Source: Felis catus (Eukaryota). From it: a DNA stretch of 64,000 nucleotides. The number at the start of each line of letters is the position of its first letter. The stretch's first letter is position 1. The position numbers and the translations under genes were made by a program. Positions 1-11,020 of this stretch are shown piece after piece. The stretch is from NCBI RefSeq assembly GCF_018350175.1, contig NC_058375.1:20150001-20214000 (forward strand), read 5' to 3'. The notes beneath the pieces were generated by a model. It was not told the origin of the DNA, did not search any database, and saw only the letters and a list, made by a program, of their open reading frames with translations.

Positions 1-322
1 GGGTACGTTTTCATCTATGAAGAGGACCCTCCTTACATTCCTTCTAGAGAATGCAAAGAAGGTCCCTTTGAGAATCTTCCGATAAGCTCTGGCCTCTCTC
101 CTCAAAGAAATGCGTATTTGCACGTGCAAATGCAGTTTTATAGTTTTATATTTAATTGCAGGGAGTTCTAACTCTTTGGAATTCTCCTGAGAACCACCCA
201 CCCCCACCCCACCCCACCGCCAGGTTTAGAACTATTGTAATACACAATTGAAGAGTGGTAGTATCTTGATGGCCGAGCCTCTCTAAGCTGCCAGCAAAGA
301 AAGGGTAGCTCACTCTACTCAC

Positions 323-747
323 GTCATCTGAGCGTGACTCTTCTTCCTCCTCCTTTTCCCCTTCCTCCTCTGGCTCTCCATAGGAGGTGGCTGGTATGTC
401 CCCCAGGCAGCTTCCTTGGGGTATTTCCTCGCCTTCGGCGGTATACACAAGGTCTTCCTGCTCCACAGTCTCTGAGTCCTCATACTTGAAGGGTACGTTG
501 CCATAGCGCCGGGAAGAACCTGTCTTGGGAAACTGGAGCTGCAGCTGGGTGATGATCCGAGGGGGTAGGCGGCAGGCCCGGATCAATTCCAAAAAGACCC
601 GCAGAGGAGTCCCCACATTTCCATTGGGCATCAGCACTGGCGGGTTCAGCTCTGGCAGTTGCCTCAGGTCAGCCAGAGTAAAGGCTTCACTCTGAGCTTT
701 CCGACTCTGCAGCTCCTTGCGGGTTTTGAAAGGAAAGGGGCCGAAAC
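323..747 (-). CDS. GPATCH3: GPATCH3 coding exon 2 (G-patch domain-containing protein 3); gene continues beyond the left edge
   Basis: Acceptor tctgctttccaag|GT at 747 and donor GAC|gtgagt at 323; 425 nt; phase matches exon 1. Translation GFGPFPFKTRKELQ...LPELNPPVLMPNGNVGTPLRVFLELIRACRLPPRIITQLQLQFPKTGSSRRYGNVPF is recognisable GPATCH3. Confidence 0.93.
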
Positions 748-862
748 CTTGGAAAGCAGAAGAAAGCATGGCTCTTGAAACCTCGAAGCCTCCAGCAACA
801 CTTGAGCCAGAAATTGGCTCAGATCTTTTAGCCTAATGCTGTTCCTCCCTTTCATACTTTTC

Positions 863-1090
863 TTTTTTTTTTTTTAATTTTTTTTTTTCAACATTTATTT
901 ATTTTTGGGACAGAGAGAGACAGAGCATGAATGGGGGAGGGGCAGAGAGAGAGGGAGACACAGAGTCGGAAACAGGCTCCAGGCTCTGAGCCATCAGCCC
1001 AGAGCCTGACGCGGGGCTCGAACTCATGGACCGCGAGATCGTGACCTGGCTGAAGTCAGACGCTTAACCGACTGTGCCACCCAGGCGCCC
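863..1090 (-). mobile_element. Young felid Can-SINE (SINEC_Fc type) in GPATCH3 intron 1
   Basis: tRNA-derived head, (CT)n tract and A tail; 16-bp TSD ccctttcatacttttc at 847-862 and 1091-1106. Confidence 0.92.
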
Positions 1091-1484
1091 CCCTTTCATA
1101 CTTTTCCAGAGTAACTTCCTCCATTTCCTGACCAGAACCACCTAACAATTTCATGCCATTTCTCATCACCTTGGCTGAGCACACAAGTTTTCTTTTAGAT
1201 CTGGTTCCTGTCGACTTTTTGATTCTCAACTGCCACCAACCCCCACTCCCTGTGCATCCTCAAACCATGTGCTTCAACCATACCAAACAACTTAACATGC
1301 CCTGAAAGTTCCATGGACTTTCACATCTCTGTCTGTGTCTCTGCAAGTGCCATTTAGTTTGAACACCGTTCCTTCCCACAAACTCCTGTTTATCTTTCAG
1401 ATCCAGAGGAAAAGCCACATTTCCTGATCCCTCTAGGAGATCAGTTTTTCCCTCCTCTGTCATCTCACACTTGCTGATACAGAG

Positions 1485-1715
1485 CATAGGCTCTGGGTCA
1501 ATATGCCTGGGTTTGTACTGTGACCCTGCCACTTCCTAGCTCTGTAACCTTGGGCACGTAACACACCTTCTGTATCCCTCAGTATCCTTACCTATAAAAT
1601 GGGTAACAATAGCTCCTACCTTATAGGATTGTTGTGAGGAGTCAATAAGGAAATGAAAGGCTTAGAACAATACCTAGTAAGCACACAGGAAGTGCTCAGC
1701 AAATGTTAACAATTA
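1485..1715. mobile_element. MIR-like SINE relic
   Basis: MIR core-like text: tgtaaccttgggcacgtaac...ctcagtatcc...taaaatggg...ggattgttgtgagg. Confidence 0.65.
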
Positions 1716-2059
1716 GAATGCCATCTCTGTGACAGTTACTTTTTTACAGATCTGTTTTCCTCTCTGAATCCTGAGCACAGACTATGTCTGTTTTCTGCAC
1801 AGCAGCGAGAATCACACTGGGTGAGTACAAAAGCTAGATGTGTCGAATAAATGAATTAGAGAACTCTGCGCTGTTCCCTGCCACCCATCAAAGTGACTTC
1901 CAGAGCTGTCCAGAGAAAAGAGATTGTCTTTTCATTTGCATCTTGCCAAGAGAGGGCTGGGTAGGAAGCAACAAAAAAATGTAATGAAGACAATAAGTGA
2001 ATTAGAAGCCTCGTTTCCCTTTTTTCCTTCTGTGTCGGTGCAATATCGACCTCTCAGAG

Positions 2060-2094
<35 letters not shown>

Positions 2095-2331
2095 TCTCAG
2101 AAGAAATGTAATAAACTGGAAAAAGAAGCATCATCCCAATAGGCCTCTTTCCGTACCCTCCCCCCACGACCTCCACCCCTAAACTTAACATGGCGTTGAG
2201 CCTGAAGCTCTGTCCGGCAATGACCTAAACTCTTAAAGAGCCTGATAATCAGAGACCTGACTTATCCCCTCATGAAAGGTGTCTCTGTTCCAGGGCCGGT
2301 AGGCTTAGTCTATTATCTTCCCCATCCGTAC

Positions 2332-2767
2332 CTGATGCCTCAGTAGGTAGCCGAAGTCTGCGGATGTAACAACGACCCGGCAACCAAGTCCCCTGAGTAT
2401 CCAGCCACCGGCGGCCGGAGTACATGCGAAGAAGCTGCTGGGCCTGAGCTGTCCCCCGTACCGAGATGACGCAGCAGCAGGTGCGGGTCTGGGCGGGAGC
2501 AGAGTCCGGAGGGGAAAGAGTGCGAGCATCGGTGACTGAAGTCTGGGCGAGAACCTGGCCGATAGGAGTTGGGGCAGTGTCGGGAGAAGCCTGGGAAGGA
2601 GCCCGCTCAGGCCGATGCCGGTAGTGGAAACACAGGAAACCACAGCCACGCTGTTCTCGGAACTGGCTAAAGTAGTTCCGGAGATGGGCAGAGCGCAAAC
2701 CCGAGGGAATGCCGCTCACTATTAAGTAGACTGTGGCCTCCTCCTCCGCCTCGCTGGGCACCGCCAT
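2332..2767 (-). CDS. GPATCH3: GPATCH3 coding exon 1
   Basis: ATG at 2767 in strong context (AAGATGG). Translation MAVPSEAEEEATVYLIVSGIPSGLRSAHLRNYFSQF...FLCFHYRHRPE...LPTEAS. Donor CAG|gtacgg at 2332; 436 nt, phase 1. Confidence 0.94.
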
Positions 2768-2940
2768 CTTGCGTTGTCACATGATCGGCTGTTTCCAACT
2801 CTCGCGAGAATATCGCGGCACCGAGGCTTCTGTGGTGCACTGATGTGTAACTGGTGATTAGTCCGTCGGGTGGTGGTTGAGGAGCTAGAAGGCGCGGGAT
2901 TTGGGGCCGTTTCCCGCAGAGAGCAGCCGGCGATGATGAA
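2761..2940 (-). promoter_or_regulatory. GPATCH3 CpG-rich TATA-less promoter with YY1 (2761-2770), E-box GTCACATGA (2776-2784) and TCTCGCGAGA palindrome (2800-2809)
   Basis: Motifs read directly from the sequence next to the ATG; local CpG enrichment. Confidence 0.7.
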
Positions 2941-3447
2941 AACATCACTTGGGAAATGTGTTTACAGATCGCTTTCGTAAGACTCTGATGATGATAAAAT
3001 TAGAAGCCTGAGGGAGGGGCACTTTTTAAGATCTTTAGTTGTTGGGGATTTCCCACACCTAATCTCAGTTTTCTCAGTTTAGAGACATTTTAGTGGTTCA
3101 GCCACTTCTTCCAAAGCGTATTCAGGCACTCCCACACATCTCTAAGAAAGAGATAATCCAACTGAGAAGTGGACTAAACATCCAATTAACAATGAAAGAG
3201 CGTCAATCGCATTACTAATCAAGGAAATCTAGTGAGACGTACTTAACATCCACCAGATTGGCAAAAATTTTTAAATCCTAGGCACTGGTGATAGTGCAGA
3301 GTAACTGGATCTCCCATGCACTGCTGTGGAGTGGAAACTAGTACAACCACTTTGGAAAACAATACGACGTAACCCCGTAGAAGGAAGTGAAGCTACCCAT
3401 ATTCCACTTGTCTGTATATACTTAAATTTTTGCATATGTCCCTGTAT

Positions 3448-4087
3448 TGACAATGTTGAGCTTCACCCAGCCCTGTGATCCTGGAAAACAGTGAAGGTTA
3501 AGAAACCCGATCCCACCCTTTTGTGTTCTAGAACACAGCTTACTGCAAAGAAACACGCCTCCTTATATGACTTAGATAAAACTCACGGGTGCTCCCTTGT
3601 GTATGTATGTATGTCAAGGCTAGCCACAGACTCCAAATTCCAGTCTTTGCCTCGTAAACGCTTAGATGAACTGCTTGTTCCCACTGATCAATCAGAACAA
3701 AATGCTTGTTAACCAAACTTTGGTTAAGCTCCTCTCCTTCCCCCAAGTCCCTGAACTTTGCCTCCCCCACCCACCCACCAAGTGGTGAGCCAGCGCACAA
3801 CCCCTCCTGAGAATAGGCTGGGTTCAGGGTAAAACATTTTCTGATCTACTGTCTCATCCTGCCACTCCTGATCACCCCACTTCCTCAGACCCAGTTCTTT
3901 CTAGCCCTGTTTACTCCTCCCTATGAATGATCCACTCCTCTTGTCTCAACCTTGAAACCACGTGTAGATCTTATGGTCCCATGGCAATAAGTTTCTTCTC
4001 CATTGCAATAGTTCCTTTCTTCGCTTGCAACAATCATTTAAAAAGAAGTCTCTTCTTACTGAGTCCAGATTTGTATTTTATATGACA
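3448..4087 (+). mobile_element. Solo LTR (MER31/MER67-like, ERV1 class) inserted in an old L1 fragment
   Basis: TG...CA termini (tgacaatgttgagcttc ... gtccagatttgtattttatatgaca) and a near-matching 4-bp TSD gtat/atat. Family name is from recalled consensus similarity. Confidence 0.6.
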
Positions 4088-4148
4088 ATATATATGAGTA
4101 TTCATAGATGCAGTGATTGTAAGAGCAAAAAGTTGGCATTTAGTACGA

Positions 4149-4323
4149 TTTTTTTAAAGTTATTTATTTTGACAGAGTGCATGAGCGGGGGAGGGAGGGG
4201 CAGAGAATCCCAAGCAGGCTCCGCACTGCCAGTGCACAGGCCAAACCCATGAACTGTGAGATCATGACCTGAGCTGATGTCAGAAGTTAGATGCCTGACT
4301 GACTGAGCCACCCAGGCGCCCCC
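4149..4323 (-). mobile_element. Can-SINE
   Basis: SINEC body; TSD ggcatttagtac at 4135-4146 and 4324-4335. Confidence 0.88.
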
Positions 4324-4596
4324 GGCATTTAGTACTTTTCAGCAGGTATATGATGATGAGGGAAAATGAGCAAGTAGGAAATAGAATTCTTTATATAAAG
4401 TTGAAAAATACAGACTAAAAACTACTTTTTAGTGATACATAAATAAATATGACTTAAAATAAGAAAGAAAAGTAAGGAAATGATTAACCCCAAATGCAGG
4501 GTAATCATTACCTTTAGGAGGGAGGTGACTTCAAAATTTATGGGACATGATGAGGGTTCATTGTACTGTTATCCTTTACACTTAACATATATTTAA

Positions 4597-4609
4597 AATT
4601 TTTTTTATT

Positions 4610-4640
<31 letters not shown>

Positions 4641-4804
4641 ACGGTGGAGGGGCAGAGAGAGAGAGGGAGACAGAGAATCCGAAGCAAGCTCCAGGCTCTG
4701 ACCTGTCAACACAGAGCCCGACATGGGGCTCAAACCCACAAACCATGAGATCATGACATGAGCTGAAGTCGAATGCTTAACCAACTGAGCCACCCAGGCG
4801 CCCC
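4597..4804 (-). mobile_element. Can-SINE
   Basis: SINEC body with (GA)n; flanking acttaacatat duplicated. Confidence 0.88.
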
Positions 4805-5191
4805 TATACTTAACATATGTTTTGTAAATGCTATTTTGTTTTACTCAATTTTAGTAAAACATCTTAAAAGGGAAAACAATTCATTTCAAAAAACAATAAA
4901 GCAAATGTTTACTTTGTGTTGATCACGAATAGACACCTGTTTGAGGGGAAAAAAAGTTCTAATGGGAGTCTGGGTAATTGTGGATAGGATCATTTTACAT
5001 ACCTGGATTTTAAAATCTGCTGATGGAAGTGTAAATTGGTACACCCATTTTGGAAAACTTGACAAGATCTACTTAAGTTGAGCACACATTCTATGACTTG
5101 GTAATGACACTTCTTGCTATATAACATCAGATCTGCAAACATCTGTGCACCAAAAGGTGTGTGCAGGAATAGTCTCAGAAATATTATTTGA

Positions 5192-5404
5192 GGGGCACCT
5201 GGGTGGCTCAGTCAGTTAAGCGTCTGACTTTGGCTCAGGTCATGATCTCACGGTTTGTGGGTTTGAGCTCCGCATCGGGCTCTGTGCTGACAGCTTAGAG
5301 CCTGGAGCCTGCTTTGGATTCTGTGTCTCCTTCTCTCTCTCTGCTCCTCCCCCACTCACACCCTGTCTCTCTCTGCCTCAAAAATAAACATTAAAAAAAA
5401 AAAA
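5192..5404 (+). mobile_element. Can-SINE inserted in an old L1 3' fragment (about 5020-5815)
   Basis: ggggcacctgggtggctcagtcagttaag head and A tail; TSD agaaatattatttga. Confidence 0.88.
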
Positions 5405-8400
5405 GAAATATTATTTGATGAACCAAAAGGGTCATCAGCAGTATCTTGGATAAGTGAATTGTAGTGTAGTAATGGGATACTTTACGGCAATGAATATGAA
5501 TGGGTCAGAATGACTCTCAGACATAATGGAAGTGAAAGACAAACAAAAGAGTATATGCTGTACGGTTCCATTTATACAAAGTTTAAGGCAAACAGTCTCA
5601 CTTATGATTCTGGAAGCCAGGGATAGTGATGCCATTTAGTGGGGAGGGGAAGCGTGGTGAAGAGGATGGTTTCTGGGGTGTTGCTAAAGCTCTATTTCTT
5701 GAGCTGGGCAGTGCTTACAGGGAGGGGCTCATTTTGTGATAACTCATCAAACTGTACATGCGTGATTTGTGTGTTTTTCTGTATATTATACAGCAAAGGT
5801 TGAATTAAAACCATATTTTGAAAAATCTGAAAATAGAAAAGTAAATGCGTTACAGCAAGCAAGACGTGAGCTCGGGAAGCGCTGCTAGCTGACCCAAGAA
5901 GGTATGCACTTATGGTCCCACACCATTGCCACTGTGGGCCTAACTTTCCAGAACTCAGTCTGTAGTAGACTCAGTAAATCCCCGCTGATTCAAAGAATAT
6001 TCCTGGCACTAACATGGGAATGTGCCATTGGGAGTGGCTGGGGACTGTCTCCGGGAAAGGGGGGCCACTTCCCTGGGGGAACACACAGGCCGGACTTCTC
6101 ATCAAAAACTTAAACCCAAGGGTAACCGAGGCTACATTTCCCCTCTCGTTCCATCTTGTAGTGTGGTGGGGAAGGGAAGGGGTGTTAGGTACTGTCATTC
6201 ATTCTCCAGTTGATCATCCCTAGCCTTTTTAAAAAAAAAAAAAAAAAGATTTTATTTTCAGTAATCTCTACAACCAGCGTGGGGCTCAAACTCACAACTC
6301 CAAGATCCAGAGTTGCATGTTCCACCGACTGAGCCAGCCGGGTGCCCCAGATAATCCCTGGCCTTTAAAGACACAAGACAGCCTGGTGACTAAGAGCATA
6401 GGGCCAAAGTTCAGACCGTTTGAGTTTTAATCCTGACTGTACTTATTAACTGTGTAACGTTGAGCGAGTCGCTTGACCTCTCTGTGCCTCAGTTTCTTCA
6501 TTTGTAAAATAGAGACGATGGTAATTCCCTCACAGTTATTGTGAGAATTGAGCAATGGAACCCATGTAATATGTTGAGAGCATCGCTCTCAATAAATGTT
6601 AGCTGGTTATTATTTAGTAGTCACCTAGAATGACCTGCCAGGAATGAATGAATGATCCCCTCTGTTAAACCTGATTCCCCTGAGATCTTAGCCTTGTTGC
6701 CTCCATCGGTTTCACTGGGATTGCCTTTCTCTGCTGCCTTGTTCTGTGACGTGGTCCCTGTCCGCCTTTCTAGGCCCATCTCTTGCTGCCCTGGGCCCAA
6801 GTTGCTCCCAGACCATCTGCAGTTACCTGAACCCCTTGCTCTCTGTCACCTCTGTGATTTTGTACCTGTCATTCCCTCTATCTGGAATGTCCATCCCTTG
6901 GTTACCTGGCAACCCCCTATTCATTCTCTTTAGCTCAGAGCAGTGACCACTTGGCTGAAGCGTTATTCCACCGCCAGGCGAATTTAATCACTCCCTCTTC
7001 TGAGCTCCTGCTGCCCATTGAACATACCTCTATCACATTTCAGATCACTCCGTGTTACAATTACTTATGTGTCTCTCTCTGCCAACGACAGGATGTTCAG
7101 TGAATGCAGGGACTGTATCTTGTGTATTTTGTGCCCCTTAGCATCTAGCACAAGGTCTAGTACAAGTGATCATCAAGAGAGATGTTGAATGATGGCATGA
7201 ATGGATGGATGGATAGTGGGTGTTGGCTTTTTGCTGGTATCATAGGTTCTATGACACCGAAAGTCAGGGTGTATTGGCACATGACACAGCACACATCAGC
7301 TCAGTGCCTGACTGCTTAATAAGCAGTCAGTGATTAGGCTAATAAAGGTAGAGATCATGGTGATAATAAAATGGCACCCAACGCTGACCCAGAGCCACAG
7401 CCACTCTCCTGATTCCTAGTGAGTCATCCCTGGCTGGGCCTGAGCACAGGGATCATGGCTGATGGTCAGTAAACAGTGGCTGAGCTGGCTCCAGACAGCC
7501 TGCTCCTGGCCATGACTCATGCCAGCCTATGCTGGTGGCAAGGGCCTGGCCTCCACAGTCACACAGGCCTGAGTTCAAATCTCAGCACAGATAGTGATCA
7601 GTCATTGAGTAAGTTGCATACCCTGTCTGAGCCTGTTTCGTCCTCTTCCCTCTCTGGTTATGAGACACAATTCCCACTTGTAAGCTGCTGATAATGGAAC
7701 ACTGTCCCCCACCTTTGGAAGGCCTGCTGTCTCATGGAGAAAGCATTCTTGCTCATATTACATTGTATTATAATTCTCTCTTTAGTCTTGCTAGATTTGT
7801 CTTTATCTTCCTTGCAGAAGGTTTGGACAGGGCACAGGGAGCAACACAAGAGATACAGATGAGAAACAGACAGAAGTATAGCTCCATAACCATGTGGAGG
7901 GGTAGGGAAGAAGTTTGCGAAGGAGGAAGATAGGGCTGATGAGGGAAGCTATTCGGATGATGGAAACATTAGATAAGTTGAGGGAAAAGGCTGGGGTGGG
8001 TAGTGGAGAGGAGCACTTTCTAATGGCTGTTCACGGTTGGAGGAGGAAAGTGCAGAAAGATCCAGCCTGCAGGTTCAGAGAGGTGCAACAGTAAACTAAC
8101 AGAGGCAGTTGCTGAAGGAACATAGAAGACAGAATGACCTGAAATCCAGGAATCCTCTGAATTTGGCTCCTATGGGGAGACAAGGCATCTGCTCTTAGAA
8201 GAGTTGCCTCATGCATTTGCAAGGTGAAATGGGCGGTGTCTGTCAAAGTGCTGGGAAGGGCAGGGCAGGGAGAGGTGACTGGCGGCCCAAGGTCTGAGTT
8301 GGGGAGTTCTGGTGGGAGGTTAGGGGGCAAAGGAATGCAGGGCCTGTTCTGGGTTCTAAAGGATGCTTCTATTTGGGAATTTGATTACGTCCTGGCTTGG

Positions 8401-8835
8401 GGGAGCTGTTGAGCAAATGGCCTGTCTGAGAGGAGGGTAGATGTTGGGGGTCACCATGGGGAAAGGGGGTGATTGGTTAGTTGAGGCCCCAAAATGCCAG
8501 GCAGTTTGGGGCTGGATTAGCAGGCTCTGCGTAGACCATGAAGATGTGCAGACACAGGTCTGCTTACTTTGAGGGCCACTGTTCTCTTTCCTGTGACCTA
8601 CAGAACATGGAGAACATTCCCCAGTGGGAGGGTGTCTCCATAGCGTGTGCCCCACCCTTGGGCATAGGGATGTATGTGTGAACATCTGGCTTGGGTGCAT
8701 GTCTCTATTGTCCTGTGTTTGGGTCTGCTGTATGTCACTGAGTGAGTGCATCTTGGCTGTGCTTTTCCATGCTGTGTGTGAGTGGATGGTGGTTCTGTTT
8801 TATGGGTCTGTAGGTGTGTCTGACTTGTACGTCTT

Positions 8836-8847
8836 TGTGTGTGTGTA

Positions 8848-8896
<49 letters not shown>

Positions 8897-8908
8897 AACA
8901 GAGAGAGA
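8836..8908. repeat. Compound (TG)n(AG)n microsatellite
   Basis: Directly visible. Confidence 0.9.
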
Positions 8909-9127
8909 GCTGTAGGTCTGAGTTGTATGTATCTTTGTTGTAGGGTGTGAGCTGTGCGTTTCTGTCACTCTGGGTGTCTGAGTGGTGAGTAGGTGATTGG
9001 GTAAGGGATGGGGTGCCCTTGCTGTGGCACTGGGTGCCCAGAATGGGTATATGTTTAGTTCCCTGTGGTCCGTATCCTGGGGTCCTTCAGCAGAGGCCTG
9101 AATGACAACTCTTCAACTGTTGTCCCT

Positions 9128-9345
9128 GAGTGAATGACCTCTCATTGAGCAATAATTAACTTGGCCCCATGAAGAGAATCCAAACTGGTGGTGAAGGGGG
9201 TAGGACTGGTAGGGGCAGGCCTTATTGCTAAAGAAGGAGGGAGGCCTGAAAGGGGGTCCTATAGGCATGTGTGTTGTTATCATTCCCTCCTGCCTGCAGG
9301 TCAGTTACCCTAACCTGGGTGATATTCAAAATATTTAACAAACAC
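9128..9345. promoter_or_regulatory. Candidate hepatic enhancer 3' of NR0B2: two IR-1 (FXR/RXR) elements, plus C/EBP, HNF1 and FOXA-like motifs
   Basis: GAGTGAaTGACCT 9128-9140; ATTGAGCAAT 9144-9153; GCAATAATTAAC 9149-9160; AGGTCAgTTACCC 9298-9310; AATATTTAACAAACA 9330-9344. Confidence 0.65.
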
Positions 9346-9384
9346 TGAGGGCCAGACATTGACCAATCAGAACAGACACAAGCC

Positions 9385-9615
9385 GGGGCGCCTGGGTGGC
9401 GCAGTCGGTTAAGCGTCCGACTTCAGCCAGGTCACGATCTCGCGGTCCGTGAGTTCGAGCCCCACGTCGGGCTCTGGGCTGATGGCTCGGAGCCTGGAGC
9501 CTGTTTCCGATTGTGTCTCCCTCTCTCTCTGCCCCTCCCCCGTTCATGCTCTGTCTCTCTCTGTCCCAAAAAAATAAATAAACGTTGAAAAAAAAAATTA
9601 AAAAAAAAAAAAAAA
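9385..9615 (+). mobile_element. Young felid Can-SINE (SINEC_Fc type)
   Basis: Near-consensus CpG-rich body and long A tail; perfect 16-bp TSD agaacagacacaagcc at 9369-9384 and 9616-9631. Confidence 0.93.
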
Positions 9616-10402
9616 AGAACAGACACAAGCCATGCACTGAATGGAGCGGTCCTGAAGGCCATGGCTATGCCAAGCATTACCCCTCTAGTTGTGGCCAATG
9701 AGAATGGATTCCAGGAGAAGGGCTGGGACAGGGGGGCCACGGAAGGGAACTCGGGGGTAGGGGGGAGCTCAGGGCAGTATCTGTGAACTAACTGCCATGG
9801 AAGTGTCTCCGACTTGAACATCTGGTGTGGCAGCTAAACCTCAGCCAGCCTTGGCCTCCAAGCAGCTGCACCAGGTCAACCCTAGATGCCCTTGCCCCTC
9901 CCATTGGGAGAGCAGTGGACTATCCTCTTCTGTCATCAGCAGGGGTGGTGGAAGTGAGCGACCCCAAACTGCAGGAATTCCAGTGACCTTGTCTGTTTTA
10001 GTTTAGGAATGGACTGCTTCATATTCCTCACTGGCTGTGATCTGACGCTCGTTGAGGTGAGAGGGAGCCTGTAGGGGTCAGAGGTCAAGGGAGGGGTCAG
10101 TAGCGGATTTGGGGAGAGGGAGAGACACCCCCAGCCCCAAAGATAAACGCCAGGAAGTGAGGGGGTCCTGAACTGATCCCATCCCCTGGATTCAGACCTG
10201 TACAAAATAAATCTCATCCCCCAAAATGAAATAACCATTCCACACCAAAAAATTAATATCCCAGTTCCCCGAGTGGCTCCAGCACTCCTTACGGTTTCTT
10301 TCTCTTGGACTCCTTCTGATAGGGGCAGGGTAGACCCTGGAGGTGGGACAGTCCCTTCCACATGCACAAATTACAGTGTCAGGCTCCAAGGGTGTCATGC
10401 CT

Positions 10403-10408
10403 TTTATT
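10403..10408 (-). terminator. NR0B2 polyadenylation signal AATAAA
   Basis: tttatt on the plus strand, about 310 nt past the NR0B2 stop. Confidence 0.7.
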
Positions 10409-10721
10409 ACAAAAACCAATAACTTAGATAAGTTCTATACAAAGTCATTAGGACTCTTGGCCCAATGGGTCATCTAATCTTCCATCCCCACCTCGGGAGG
10501 GGACAGGAATCTTGGCCCAGAGGCTCTAGGAATCACTAAGGGATGGCCAGAGAGTTGGAGCACCATGTCAAACCAAGGACGGCCAAGGGGACAGGTGTGG
10601 TGGGTGCGGAGCCCCAAAGCCCATCTTGTTGGGCGAGGACCAGCTTACTCCAGAAGCGCTGCCTATACAGACTTGCCCCCTCTGGGAGCATTAGGCCACC
10701 CCTGGGAACAGCTGGGCCAAA

Positions 10722-11020
10722 TCAGCGCTGCCAGCCTCCGCCCAACCTACACTTGATCTCTGCCTGGGCTGGAACAGGTTGGCTCAGCAAAAGCATGTCC
10801 TCGAGGAGGCCAGCGATGTCAGTGTCTCCAACAATAGGGCGAAAGAAGAGGTCCCCAAGCAGGCTGGGCGGAATGGACTTGAGGGTGGAGGCTGTGAGGA
10901 GGACACGGGCCAAGCGGCCCTGGCCTGCTGGGCACCAGGTCTCCAGGGCCTTGCACAGAGCATGATGAGCCTTTTGCTGCAGGTGTCCAACGTGGGAGGA
11001 GGCGTGGAGGCCCGGCACAC
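10722..11020 (-). CDS. NR0B2: NR0B2 (SHP) coding exon 2, ending in an extended C-terminus
   Basis: Acceptor ctgcccacag|GT at 11020. Translation [15 protein letters not shown]...[45 protein letters not shown]; first in-frame stop TGA at 10722-10724. Confidence 0.93.

Noticed and set aside
152-322. C-terminal part of the 205-aa ORF after ...SRSDD
   Set aside because: Read-through into the intron past the gtgagt donor at 322.
2063-2092. Isolated run of about 30 A in GPATCH3 intron 1
   Set aside because: No attached retroposon body or clear TSD; treated as a simple homopolymer.
2700-10200. Upstream alternative NUDC exons that would nest NR0B2 in an intron
   Set aside because: Recalled from human annotation, but I could not identify convincing exon boundaries here, so they are not annotated.
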